64,000 nucleotides of DNA from Macrostomum lignano (lineage: Eukaryota): the NCBI GenBank assembly GCA_002269645.1, contig NIVC01000184.1:186001-250000 (forward strand), in the 5' to 3' direction. The notes under the pieces were generated by a model. It was not told the origin of the DNA and did not search any database. It was given only the letters and a program-made list of their open reading frames with translations. Of the stretch, positions 50,026-61,663 are shown in pieces; the stretch's first letter is position 1; each line of letters opens with the position of its first letter. A program made the position numbers and the translations under genes.

Positions 50026-50860
50026 TAGAAAAGTAAGGTCATGCGGTCAGGGCGTGTCAGATGCCGCGTCGCTGCGGTGTCGCGCGTCCTGTCGTCGGAA
50101 TGGAGTCTATAATGTAAAGCTCGGAGCTGCTAAGCTTGTGGCACAAGGACTACTAAAGTAGTAGGTATGGGAGACTTTTCTAGGAAAATTTAGGGAAGCG
50201 AGTTTTATCGAAAAAAATTCTATAAAAAATGGCACGGCTACCTATTGGTTTTATGAATCTATTTTATCATTCTTATATCTGCATGACTGTATCAATATGT
50301 ATAGCAGAATGATAAACAAGTAGACATCCCAATCCTACCCAGACCCCCTCCTCCTGACTCCTTTCCAACGCTTAAGCTGGTGTTGAATTTCAGCCAGTCG
50401 ACTGCCAAACTGAATGTACAGTGTCGTGTTTTGTAAATTAATCCACAAATTAAATAAAACTTCACATATCGCGTGGCTATCCGTAAGCGGATGCTTTTAT
50501 GATAAATATTGAAGACTACTACGAGTAAAGCTTAAAGACTTTGACGAGTATTTTAGAATTCAGTTTTAAAAACAACAAAAGACAAGAGACTATTACATGT
50601 TTCTGAGAATGATTTAGGATAAGCTAATTCACTGTTGACAAAAAAAAGAGGTCGCTGAGCAACAGGTTCGTCAAGCGGTTTCTCTAGCGTTATTATAGAG
50701 CTGTTTTTTGCTACTGGTAAGAATAAATGTCAGCTTAAACTATATACGATAGCATTAAATAAGTGTTTTCTCTTTAAAAAAAGGGGTTTTTAATTTGTTT
50801 GATTAATAAACTAATTTTTCTTCAACTCCGCATCATTGAATTCACTGGCTCCTCGGCAGC

Positions 50861-51607
50861 TCAAACAAACGGCGACACGCACTCGCACAGGACTCGAAAT
50901 CTGTCCTCCGATTCCCAGAAGTCAGCCAGGTTGTCCCGACGGTAATATCGGCCGATCACATTTTCTCCGTGTGAACCGTAGTTGTCCGGCTCCCTCGCGT
51001 TCCACAGGCTGTCGTCAACGGTGATGTTGCAGCCGACCCAGTACCAGCCGCCTCGCTTCTCGGTGCTGCCAGCCGGCTGGTGGCCTCCGAGCCACATCGA
51101 AAATCCAGTGCTGTACTTGTTGTAGATCGTCTCCACGTGGCTCATCTCGGTGGCGTCTATAACGTCGGCCATGATCACCAGACCGCTCTCCGACTCGCAC
51201 TTCTGTCTGCTCGGCCACCAGAAGTCCGCTCCATTGAGCAGTTTGTACTTCACTCCGCACAGGTCGTCTCCGTAGCCAGACGGACACAGCGCGCCCGCCT
51301 CGAGTCCCGGCTGCTGCTTCACAAACACCCGGCCTCTCCTGGAGCAGCCGCAGTCCCTCACCGACTTGCTGCACTTGTCGAACACGAACAGCTGGCACGG
51401 ACCGTCAGCCAGGCTGAACGCCTGACAGCGACGGTTGCGGCTGCACAGAGCGGCACAGTATATTTCTGACTTTACATCATTCATAGTTTTTGCGAAGGCC
51501 TCCTTGACGCAGAGATATCCGTCGATCGATCTGTAGGTAGATTGCTTTGACGTCAGCATTGTTGGCGACAAAACTAGCAGCAGACACAACTTTGCAATCG
51601 CTTTCAT
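50861..51607 (-). CDS. secreted PAN/apple plus C-type lectin domain protein, 248 aa, intronless
   Basis: Hydrophobic signal peptide; PAN-like CAALCSRNRRCQAFS...CQL; CTLD motifs WLGG, WYWVG, WNAREPDN, terminal LCEC. Confidence 0.85.
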   Translation of the reverse strand: MKAIAKLCLLLVLSPTMLTSKQSTYRSIDGYLCVKEAFAKTMNDVKSEIYCAALCSRNRRCQAFSLADGPCQLFVFDKCSKSVRDCGCSRRGRVFVKQQPGLEAGALCPSGYGDDLCGVKYKLLNGADFWWPSRQKCESESGLVIMADVIDATEMSHVETIYNKYSTGFSMWLGGHQPAGSTEKRGGWYWVGCNITVDDSLWNAREPDNYGSHGENVIGRYYRRDNLADFWESEDRFRVLCECVSPFV

Positions 51608-52224
51608 CTCTCGTGCATCGTTGGAATCCGTGCAGTGCTCAATGCATACTGGCTCAGCTTTATTCTTGAATAGAAATCATTAGTACGGTCGCTTTGCCTT
51701 GTTTTATAGCGAGGCTCCATGGTAACGTACTGCTTGGGAATTTCTATTACCGCCATGCATCTGCAGTCGTCAATCCGTCGTGGACAAAAATGCTGAGATG
51801 CTTTGTATTCAATTTCAATTGAGTAGCTATCCTTCCGTAAATGCAGACAGGCTTCCATGCACTTGAATAAACTTGATTGACATGCAGCAGTCTAGATGGA
51901 GGCCAGCAGACTTTAGGCCGTCAGTTAATCGCTTTAAACTACTCGTACCTTCCCTTCATAGCTAAAAGCAGAAGGACGCGACACTGACAAATCGAGCTTC
52001 TGAAGTATCTGAATCGCAGATGAAGCAATTGTGTGTTCTGCCTGAGGCGCACCCGCAAGGTTGTGTAGCCATTTATTTCATGAAATGCCACCGGTTACAA
52101 GCAAGCAAAGGTCCTGCCTCAGAATCTCAGAATCGTTCCTCTCTGTTCAATGTCTTTTTTGAGTGTTGCCCATTTTTCTAAATTTTGATTTTGCATACGC
52201 TCTTGGGAGTATGCACCAACAATT

Positions 52225-52445
52225 TTGTCCTTTTGAGCAAGACACTTTACTCGATCTGTGTTGCTTCAGTTCACCCAGCTGTAAAATGGGTGCCAGCATC
52301 AGCTGGGGTAATTGAGGGTGTGTGTGGCGAACCCCAAGTCCTTGGACTGAACAGCCGTACGCAGCCTTCAGATGCGCCGCGCAATAGCTGCGGCTGAGCT
52401 GTCGGTGTCACATCTGCCCATTAGGGCAGGTGTATAAATCAATAA
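52225..52445 (+). mobile_element. SINE family B, 5'-truncated copy
   Basis: CORE-like segment and 3' tail match the copies at 35535 and 56725. Confidence 0.85.
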
Positions 52446-54390
52446 GTCGAATTCTAGACAAACTTGTGAGTTCATCTTGAACCAGACACGTGGTTATTTG
52501 TTTAATTCAATTTTGATTCCGAAGTCCAGAAGCGAAGATATTCGTAATTCCGTGCTAACAAAACTGAAAACAAATCTGTCTCGCTGATGCATTTCGCAGC
52601 GAAAGCAGCCCCCTTTAAAATGAAGGTTATTATTTTGTCTTAAACAGCAGATTTTAAATCATATTGCACGTACGCACTGTACGATTGGGTAGACCAAATT
52701 GAACGCAGCTATTTCTAAATTGCTTTCTAATTTCTTCCAAGTCTATGGTCAAACCCTAAGTGCAGCTGACACGTCAGCCTGCTGGCTAGTTCGCACCAAT
52801 TTGAACGCAGATTTCACCAAATAGAGCGCAAAAGGTATATCAACAGAGCTATGAAGGACACGCAGGTAGCTGCTATATCAAAAGATAATCATTGGGTCTG
52901 CCGCCTGTCTTATCAAAAGCAAAAACAATTTTTGTACTGAAAAAATGAGAACAACCTAGCTATCTCCGTAATGTATTTTTTCGGTAAAACTGATCTGCGT
53001 ATTAAAATTTCCCAAGAAACTGTTTCTCGTCTTTCTACTTGAGTAGTCATTGGTACAACTTAGGTTAAGATATGATTGAACTTGTGGTCGAGGTGTTTTA
53101 AATTAAAGAAAGCAATCTATATTGGCTAAAACCGCCGAATTCAATCCTAACTTTACATGACAACACATATTGAGAGCTGTTTTAAGTCGCAATTTGAATG
53201 AAAATAATCTGCTATATACTTTTTAGGCCTCTGGAGTGTAGGATAAAAATAAAGCTACTCAAATCCGGGGTACCATGCGACAGCTGCAGTTCTATTCAGC
53301 ATTTTGTGAACTGGCTGCACTATGGTATGGTGTAGACCCACACATGCCATGGCAGTTTAAAATCAAGTTTATTTGCCCTACCCTAGCCCATGGGAAGGTA
53401 GGGGAATTAATTTAATGCATTTGCTGCTCAAGTTGCTCTACGGAAGCCAACTGATTTGACAACAATAGGGCTAAATCGCGGGTTTTAGCTCGAGTAGGAG
53501 ATTGGAGTCTCAGGGATTTAAGGGTAAACGCGTTTAGACCAGTGCATAGGCTCGTGAATAACTGCTTTACCTTCCTGTCTTCGGCCATTTTACGTCATTA
53601 AAAGAGGACCTCATTGAAAAACAACCAGCTATAAACGAAACAAACAAACCAATTTACCAATGGAAATTTTTTACTGATACTTTTCTATTCAAGACGGAAT
53701 CGTGCGGTATTTAGGTGAGAAATTTCCTGAATTTGATTAGCTAATAGTGTCAATGACAGCACTAATCATGCAGGGACAACTCCTGTTGGCTGGGGGCACA
53801 CTTATACACACGCTCACGCAGGGTGTACAGCGGGCCCTTTGACTTTCTAATCATGTACACGACATGTACACGACATGGGGCGTCACGTTTGAACCATAGA
53901 CAATATAGTTTTGCAAATTTCTCAGTGCCTTTTCTGTTGTGAAAACATTTTAAAGGGTTTATTTGCAATTAATACCGATTAATAGAAAGGCGTTTTCGAG
54001 AATGAAATTTTTGGCCTCTAAACTGACTAAATTAAATTAAATAAGCTGCAAGTTCACAGGATTAGCCATGCAGAACTGGCGGGAATGTGATTGACAGTTT
54101 TTCTGGCTGGAGTGTCCGCCAGTACGGCCCTGACTAACCAAGAACTAAAAGAGTGAAGCTATACCAAAGCTGAAGGTAAGTTGTTGGATATGAGACACAC
54201 AAAAATATGCATTACCGGAAAGTCCATCGGTTAAAAATGGAACTGTCTATGGCAATACTGGGGTTTCAGTCAGCCCGATATGGCCACACAGTCAGTCAGT
54301 CATGGCAAAACTAGAACTTAACTTTAAGCAGCACAGATAATGTACAAGCAGTAAGACTAGCCAACCAACAACAGCAATAATTTCACGATT

Positions 54391-54759
54391 ATGGGCAAGA
54401 TTCACAAGATCCACCTTGTGCAGCCAATACACGACCAGTTGGATATCGTTGCTTTTCTATCCTATTCCTGCGGCATCGCGCTATTCTTCGTTCACGACTA
54501 CAAAGTTCAGATTGGCGGCGTGGTTTTGCTAGCGGTGGCCCTGCTGATCCTGCCCACCTTTGCGCTTATCACCTTCCATTTGGAATATTTTCTGTCTGTT
54601 CGAGAGCAGCGCAAGAGGCTGCATTCGGAGGCGCAGCTGCTGGCACTGAGGCTGATGCAGCTGAACACCTGTCCGCCTGTGCAGGATTCTGCATTCCAGA
54701 ACGCTCTGACCAGACTGCAGACAGCTTCCACTGATGCCAACTTCGGTTTGGAGTTTTGA
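54391..54759 (+). CDS. putative small two-TM protein, 122 aa
   Basis: ATG-initiated GC-rich ORF in AT-rich flanks; two hydrophobic helices and a basic juxtamembrane stretch (REQRKR). Confidence 0.5.
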   Translation: MGKIHKIHLVQPIHDQLDIVAFLSYSCGIALFFVHDYKVQIGGVVLLAVALLILPTFALITFHLEYFLSVREQRKRLHSEAQLLALRLMQLNTCPPVQDSAFQNALTRLQTASTDANFGLEF

Positions 54760-54996
54760 GTTTAATCCTGTGTTTATCTGCTCAATGCTTAAACTCAAAC
54801 TATGCATCTATCTAGCTTAATAGTAACGATAGAACAAGACACAAGGACTACTCAAGTAGAACGAGAAACTACGTTTCATGGAAAGTTTAAGGAGACAGGC
54901 TTTACCGAATACTTACGAAGATCGGAGGTTTTCATTTTTTCAGCACAAAGACTGTTATTGCTGTTGATAGGAGGCAGACCCAAATTTTCATCTTTT

Positions 54997-55357
54997 TTTT
55001 TATTAGAGGCAGGGGGGTTGTGTGCACCCTGGCGCACTTTAAGCGACATAGGCACACAACCGGCGAGAGGCATTACTGCCCATTCTGCCGACTCCCCTGA
55101 GCAGGCACACAAGCGCGCGGATACGTACGCAGGCACACACTCACACAGGGAGTGTACAGCGGCCCTAACTTTATATTATCGTTAGGCATGTACACTTCAC
55201 TGCGCCTTGGGGGGTTGGCTCTCAAGACCGTTAATTGCACGAGCAGAGCCAAGCCGAGATTCCAATTCAGCCCCAAATTAATGTGACTGCACTTGGAATC
55301 GAGCCTGGGTCGCTGGCACACCAGAGCAGCTGCGCTACCGCTGGGCTACGGCCCCCC
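54997..55357 (-). mobile_element. SINE family A, full length
   Basis: Reverse complement of 44679-45040 with few substitutions; about 10-bp TSD-like flank AAAAGATGAA. Confidence 0.9.
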
Positions 55358-55769
55358 TTAATGTTCATCTTTTGATATGTCTTAACTTTCTTATAGGTCT
55401 TATTGATATTTATAAAGCTTTTAGTTTAGCACGTTTGGATTCAAAGTTAATTTTATATCCTTGGCTTTACAAATAGCTATGCCAGCTGTGCCTAAAAAGC
55501 ATAAAAAATGACACAGCTCGACTCACTGGTTTTATAAATCTTATGTTTAGCTTATTGCTGGCAATGGATTTTGCCATCAATGAGACAATATTATTGACTA
55601 CGCTAGGCTTTTCTTAGAAATATGCCTTTTATTTTTAACGACAGCTCTACAAATAACAAACAATGGAGCTATAAGAAAGTCTAGTCAATATAAAAAATAT
55701 CAACTTTCGATCTGCCTTTTATCAAAAGCAATGAAAAAATGTGCTGAAAAACCCCATTTCAGTAAAACA

Positions 55770-56362
55770 CATGGGCGTAGCCAGGAATTTTGATTGGGTG
55801 GGGGCGTGAGTTAGGAGGCGCCAGCTTCTTATAGGGGGGCGCCAGTTTCTTTTAGGGGGGGCGGGGCGCCAGTTTCTTTTAGGGGGGCGCCAGTTTCTTT
55901 TAGGGGGGGGAGCGCCAGTTTCTTTTAGGGGGGGGGGGGAGCGCCAGTTTCTTTTAGGGGGCGCCAGTTTCTTATAGGGGGGGGGCGCCAGTTTCTTTTA
56001 GGGGGGCGCCAGTTTCTTTTAGGGGGGCGCCAGTTTCTTATAGGGGGGGCGCCAGTTTCTTTTAGGGGGGCGCCAGTTTCTTTTAGGGGGGCGCCAGTTT
56101 CTTTTAGGGGGGGGAGTGCCAGTTTCTTTTAGGAAGGCGCCAGTTTCTTTTAGGGGGGGGCGCCAGTTTCTTTTAGGGGGGAGCGCCAGTTTCTTTTAGG
56201 GGGGCGCCAGTTTCTTTTAGGGGGGCGCCAGTTTCTTTTAGGGGGGCGCCAGTTTCTTTTAGGGGGGCGCCAGTTTCTTTTAGGGGGGGGCGCCAAGCCC
56301 AGAGTTGGTGATTATGGGGGGCACCGCCCCCCTTGCCCCCCCCCTCTGGCTATACGCCCCTG
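55770..56362. mobile_element. MITE-like element carrying an internal 21-bp minisatellite
   Basis: Termini CATGGGCGTAGCCAG and CTGGCTATACGCCCCTG; flanks GTAAAACA and GTAAACCT (6/8); about 22 units of GGGGGGCGCCAGTTTCTTTTA inside. Confidence 0.75.
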
Positions 56363-56724
56363 GTAAACCTGCCTAATAAAATATTCCAAGAAACGTATAG
56401 TTAGCCGTCCAACTTAAGTAGTCCTTGACCACAAAATCCCCACGATGCTGATAGTTTTTTGTCAGTGGACACGTACTATTTCAGAAAAGTTTCAATAAAA
56501 AGTTTTATTCGTTAGTCAAAATCGTCATGCAAAAAAAGCTTTACATGATTTTTGTAATCGATGCTTGAATATTAAACAAATGGAGTTGCATTGGAAAGCG
56601 AACAGAGTGAATTTTATTTATGGCATGTCGCTGGCCTTCCTTAGAGTGCGCAGTTAATGTACATCCTATGGATAGGGTTTGGCTGGCTCTTTAAAGAGCT
56701 TTTGTCGTGAAGTTTAACCGTAGA

Positions 56725-57040
56725 CAACAATAATAATAATTGATTACGTGTACACCTGCCCTAATTAGGCCAGATGCGCGACCGATAGCTCAGCCGCAGC
56801 TATTGCGCGGTGCATCTGAAGGCTGCGTACGGCTGTTCAGTCCAAGGACTGGGGGGTCGCCACACGCCCCCTCAGTTACCCAACTAATGCTGGCACTCAT
56901 TTTACAGCTGGGTGAACTGAAGCAATGTACATCCAGTTAAGTGTCTTGCTCAAGGACACAAATTGTTCCAAATTGGGATCATCGGGAATCGAACCCCCGA
57001 CCTTCAAGTCGTGAGTACGGCACTCTAACCACTACTCTCT
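56725..57040 (-). mobile_element. SINE family B, near full length
   Basis: tRNA-like head, CORE-like segment, tail ending in (ATT)n. Confidence 0.87.
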
Positions 57041-57724
57041 CTGCGATAGACAACGTAAGACAACGAATATTTAAAGTGTATTAATTTTGTAGTTATTGCA
57101 ACTTCATGCTTGGTTTCCTACTAAAAGTAGACTATCTAGCACGTCTCTATTTTCTTCAATTTTAAAAAGTTTTTTTCCTAACTTGGATTTGTGTCTTTTC
57201 TTTGCTTTTCTATGAATTACCTCATCAATTATATATCCAATGCTATTTTTCAAGCATGATGCAGTTTCTGTTCCAAATAGCAGCCTCTTTTTTTCTTCCT
57301 TAATGAGGGAATGAATTTTGCTGTTAGCTGAACGACCTGCCTCTGAAGTGGAATAATAGATCCGGTATGTGAGCTTCTCGCGTAATTTAAGAAGCCCATC
57401 TGCAGTCGAGTTGGGCCCTATTAAACCTTTGTTACCCGATAGTAGGTTGAGGATTTTGCTGGAAAGAAAATTCAAGCCGTGAATTGCAATTAAGATCGCT
57501 GTTTTGAGTAGCTGATGCAGCAGCAGCAGCTCATGTTCCCAGTTCCTGCTCTGCTTTTCTTCACAATGCAATTAATTTTATTCAAGGATAGAAGTTTCAT
57601 TAACGGATTTTGCATGGATCGTTGAAAGTGCAAGCTGCGCGCGGTTGTTCCTCTCTGAGCTCTACACGCCAGGTCGATGGGGGCCCTGAAGTACCTGCTG
57701 CTTGAAATTAAAAAAATGGTATTA

Positions 57725-59026
57725 CGAGGGCTGAGCAATAAGTTTCCTGATGTGCATAGTTGAGAGGCGGCTGACAAAATCTGACACCATAGGTGTCAAG
57801 TACATTATATAAGTACAACGTTTGTAAAGTTTCAGACGCACTGGTCATATATAGCCAGTGCAGCACCCAAACCAAGCTAGCATAGCCACCCTATCTATCA
57901 AATTCACAATGGAGCTCAATAGGAGTCATTTTAAAGCAATGATTTATTACGATTTTAAAAGTGGTTTGCGGCAGCAAGAAAGTATTGAGCGATTGCGAGG
58001 AGCTTTTGGGATGAAGCACCTTCTAGATCCACCGTTTTTGACTGGTTTGCCGAATTCCGACGCGGCAGGCAGAGTCTGGATGATGAGGAGCGCAGCGGCC
58101 GGTCTGTCTCCGCAACGACTGAGAATAATGTTGCTGCTGTCCGGGCCATGGTTGAGGATGATGCCCGAGTGACTGTGGCCCAGATAGAGGCAGAGGTGGG
58201 CATCTCATCAGGATCCATCAGGACGATCCTGCATTCACAGCTCAACCTGAGCAAGATTTCTGCTCGCTGGGTGCCTCATCAGCTGGCTCCGGAGCAGGAG
58301 GCTCGGGTGACCTGGTTCCACACCATGCTCGACAGATTAACGGAGGCAGCTCAAACTCGGTCTGGGATATTGTCAGTGGTGACGAGTCCTGGATCTATAG
58401 TTTCGACCCGGTGACTAAGCAGCAGTCGGCCCAGTGGACTCCAGTTGGCGGCACCCCACCATCCAAGCTTCGGCGAGAGCGCAGCGTGGCAAAGCAGATG
58501 GTGGCCGTTTTTGTGGCGAAAACCGGTCACCTGGCCACGGTTCCACTTGTGCAGCAACGCAGTCACCAGTGACTGGTACGCCAACATTTGCCTGCCAGAA
58601 GTGCTGAGCGCTCTCTCCAGGCGACGCCCAAGGACCCGAGCTCGGGGCATCCTTCTCCATCACGACAACGCCCCGGCCCACAAAGCTCGACAGGTGGCGG
58701 AGTTCCTGGCCGGAGAGCACATTCAAGAGCTCGGTCATCCACCCTACAGCCCCGACCTGGCCCCCTACGACTTTTTTGTGTTTCCACAAATCAAGCGCAG
58801 GATGTGTGGAATCCACTATGGATCACCAGAAGCTGCAGTGGAGGCCTTCATCCGGCATGTGGAGGAGGTGCCTGCTTCAGATTGGTCCAGCTGCTTCAGC
58901 AAGTGGTTTGAGCTCATGAAAATTTGCATCGAATCTGCGGAGAGTACTTTGAAAAGATGTAACTGTTTTTTCTCTCTAACTATTTTTCTGTCTGGGCACA
59001 TCCGGAAACTTATTGCTCAGCCCTCG
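57725..59026 (+). mobile_element. mariner (Tc1/mariner DD34D) transposon, 1302 bp
   Basis: 31-bp TIR CGAGGGCTGAGCAATAAGTTTCC(T/G)GATGTGC with one mismatch; TA target duplication on both sides. Confidence 0.96.
57909..58962 (+). pseudogene. mariner transposase with four frameshifts
   Basis: MELNRSHFKAMIYYDF start; WVPHQL, GDESW, HDNAPAH, YSPDLAPYD (34 residues between second and third Asp); no in-frame stops seen after frame repair. Confidence 0.92.
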
Positions 59027-59091
59027 TATTGCCAATGATTCCCCTGCACTTAATCACCGGGCTTACATGTAGTTCTAGCTCACGTACTTTC

Positions 59092-59335
59092 GGGCCAAAC
59101 TGGAATCTCGGCTTGGCTCTGCCCGTGCAACTCACGCTCTTGAAGGCCAACCCCCAGGTGTACATGCTTTACGATAAATAAAGTTAGGGCCGCTGTACAC
59201 TCCTGTGTGAGTGTGCGCCTGTGCGTATGACTGCGTACATATCCGCGCGCTTGTGTGCCTGCTCAAGGGAGTCGGCGGAATGGGCAGTAATGCCTCTCGC
59301 CGGTTGTGTGACAATGTCATTTAAAAGTGCGTCAG
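59092..59335 (+). mobile_element. SINE family A, truncated and diverged copy
   Basis: Matches the body of 44679-45040; further fragments at about 32585-32670, 53790-53835 and 63395-63470. Confidence 0.82.
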
Positions 59336-59437
59336 TGTAAAATGTTGAACAGTTCCCTAAAGCAAAGCAATATTCTGCAGAAATTTACACGACTTTCGAG
59401 TGTAAGTGTCCTCCCACACTGTTTGGCATTGGCATTT

Positions 59438-59652
59438 GGGGTTGTAGCCTAGTGGTCAGAGCGTCGGACTCACGACTTGAAGGTCGGGGGTTCGATTCCC
59501 GAATCCCACTGGAACAATTTGTGTCCTTGAGCAAGACACCTAACTCTGCATTTCTTCAGTTCACCCAGCTGTAAAATGGGTGCCAGCATTAGCTGGGGTA
59601 ATTGAGGCTGTGTGTGTGGCGACCCCCCAGTCCTTGGACTGAACAGCCGTAT
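59438..59652 (+). mobile_element. SINE family B, 3'-truncated copy with intact tRNA head
   Basis: A box TAGCCTAGTGG, B box GGTTCGATTCC, CORE-like segment. Confidence 0.87.
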
Positions 59653-60479
59653 CTTTTAGAAGATATTCAGATGGACGATTCTCCAGCTCTCAACTGTCCG
59701 TACTTTGTCTAATCAATTGGGTTAGCCGATTTCCTGTCAAAAATAGCAATAAAAATGATTACCTTAAAGCTGCTCTAGCTCTTTCCAGAAAGTAGAACAG
59801 TCAGAACAAAAATTAAAATAGACACTGAGAATCAGTTTAGTAGTCAAAATTCTAGGGCCTCCTGCTACTCAAGGCTTGCGACTGAAAGAGCCGGGGAAAG
59901 ACATCAGAATGTGAAGAAAAGGTCCGATCCACCGTTCATATTGTCCGGAAGCTGTTTCCCTTCGTCTCTAGGCTCCCTTAGTGCTTGAGCTATAATCTTG
60001 CTTGGCCTGCACAGGCTGCCCCAAGCAACCCCCCCGCTCCGCCGGAACCCGTGCTGGAGCAGTGCGAGGTACCGTGCGAGCAGATGAGCCTCATAGAAGC
60101 CATGGACCTCCGCGCATGCAGGTGCTGCAATGTGCGATTCACAATGCCAGCTATATAGAAGGAGAAAGAATTGAAAGAGACCAAGGCATGTCAGATCAGA
60201 ATCTCTGATGTCTGATGTCCGTTTGAGCCATGGCTTTTGCATTGCCAGATGGATAGCTTAGCGTGAGCAACTATAATGAGGCGTGCGTTCCAGTTTCAGT
60301 TTTTTTCTAAAGAAAACCCATCCGCTTGGACATGGCGCTTTTGGGCTTGGCTGTCATGGACTTCTAGACTGAGCAGCTGGATTGGAAACTTATCTCGATG
60401 AAGTTCCTATCTGTTTAAGTGGGAAAAATGGAGCAAGTATTCGGTTGTCTAAGGTCTATGGGCTAAATTCTCTGGAAAG

Positions 60480-60815
60480 GTCATAGCCAATCATAATTAT
60501 CATTGCCAATCATAATTATCATAGCCAATCATAATTATCATAGCCAATCATAATTATCATAGCCAATCATAATTATCATAGCCAATCATAATTATCATAG
60601 CCAATCATAATTATCATTGCCAATCATAATTATCATAGCCAATCATAATTATCATTGCCAATCATAATTATCATTGCCAATCATAATTATCATAGCCAAT
60701 CATAATTATCATAGCCAATCATAATTATCATAGCCAATCATAATTATCATAGCCAATCATAATTATCATAAGCCAATCATAGTTATCATAAGCCAATCAT
60801 AATTATCATAGCCAA
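60480..60815. repeat. 19-bp minisatellite (ATCATAGCCAATCATAATT)
   Basis: About 17 units. Confidence 0.95.
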
Positions 60816-61663
60816 TGTAATATGTGAGAACTCCTTGCCTTCTGCACACGATGGAGTGATGTTCTACCATAGACAAAAGTCTCTGGAGACATGCATGCAG
60901 AAAGATAGGATTGATTGAAACTTCTTGGAAGAAAAATGGCTTCTTCAAGTTCTTGTCAATCTCAGGAATCTAAATCTAACTTCAAGAGAACGGTAGATGA
61001 AGGAGTAGGGGGGGGGAGTATTTTTTCATAAATCAGCTTAGTTGTTCGCATGCGCCATGTTCTGACATCGGGGACTGACGTGAAGTACCGCAGCGCTCTC
61101 TCAGCAAGTGTAAAAGTGTCCACAGTAAAAGACAGTTCTTCCCGCTTTGGCGAGCTCACAAATTTTTTTTGTTAACTTCCCCTCGCGCGTCGCTATTTTA
61201 GATTTTTTTCAGAAGTTCCTCTCTCCCTATATATTGAATTGTGCCTCTTTTACCTGACCCACCAACCCGCGGATTAACCTGGGACACCAGGGTTTAAGTG
61301 AGTGGGCAAAGAATTAACCGTCTCCCCCATACCCCCGAAGCATTGTTGCGGTCACTTCGGTCGCTGCGGCAATTCAGTTTTACTCAACTGTGAGCATATC
61401 TGCTCAGCTGTGCAACCTCGTCCTTAAAGCATTTATCGCATTCTGTCTAATTTTAACGTTAAAACAGGAAAGTGAAAAAGCAAATTCCCTGTCAATTTGA
61501 AGAGCACTTGTGGGCGAGAAACTTGCGATTCGCAAAGAAAATATTGCCGCGCTAGAGGCAAAATATCAAATAAAGATATTCACACATTTATTGCACAGGA
61601 ATTTTAGGTTCAAATAAAGTATTTCCTTTTCTATGCTTCTTGTCTGCACGTCTGGGTGTTGGG

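Noticed and set aside
49283-50036. Poly-Asn, poly-Thr and poly-Val ORFs
   Set aside because: Translations of the (AAC)n microsatellite.
57104-57571. 155-aa minus-strand ORF next to the mariner
   Set aside because: Non-ATG start directly after a stop and no recognisable motif; could be an exon or TE fragment but unsupported.
59904-61159. Short ORFs at 59904-60242, 60002-60208 and 60962-61159
   Set aside because: No motifs and no consistent splice chain.
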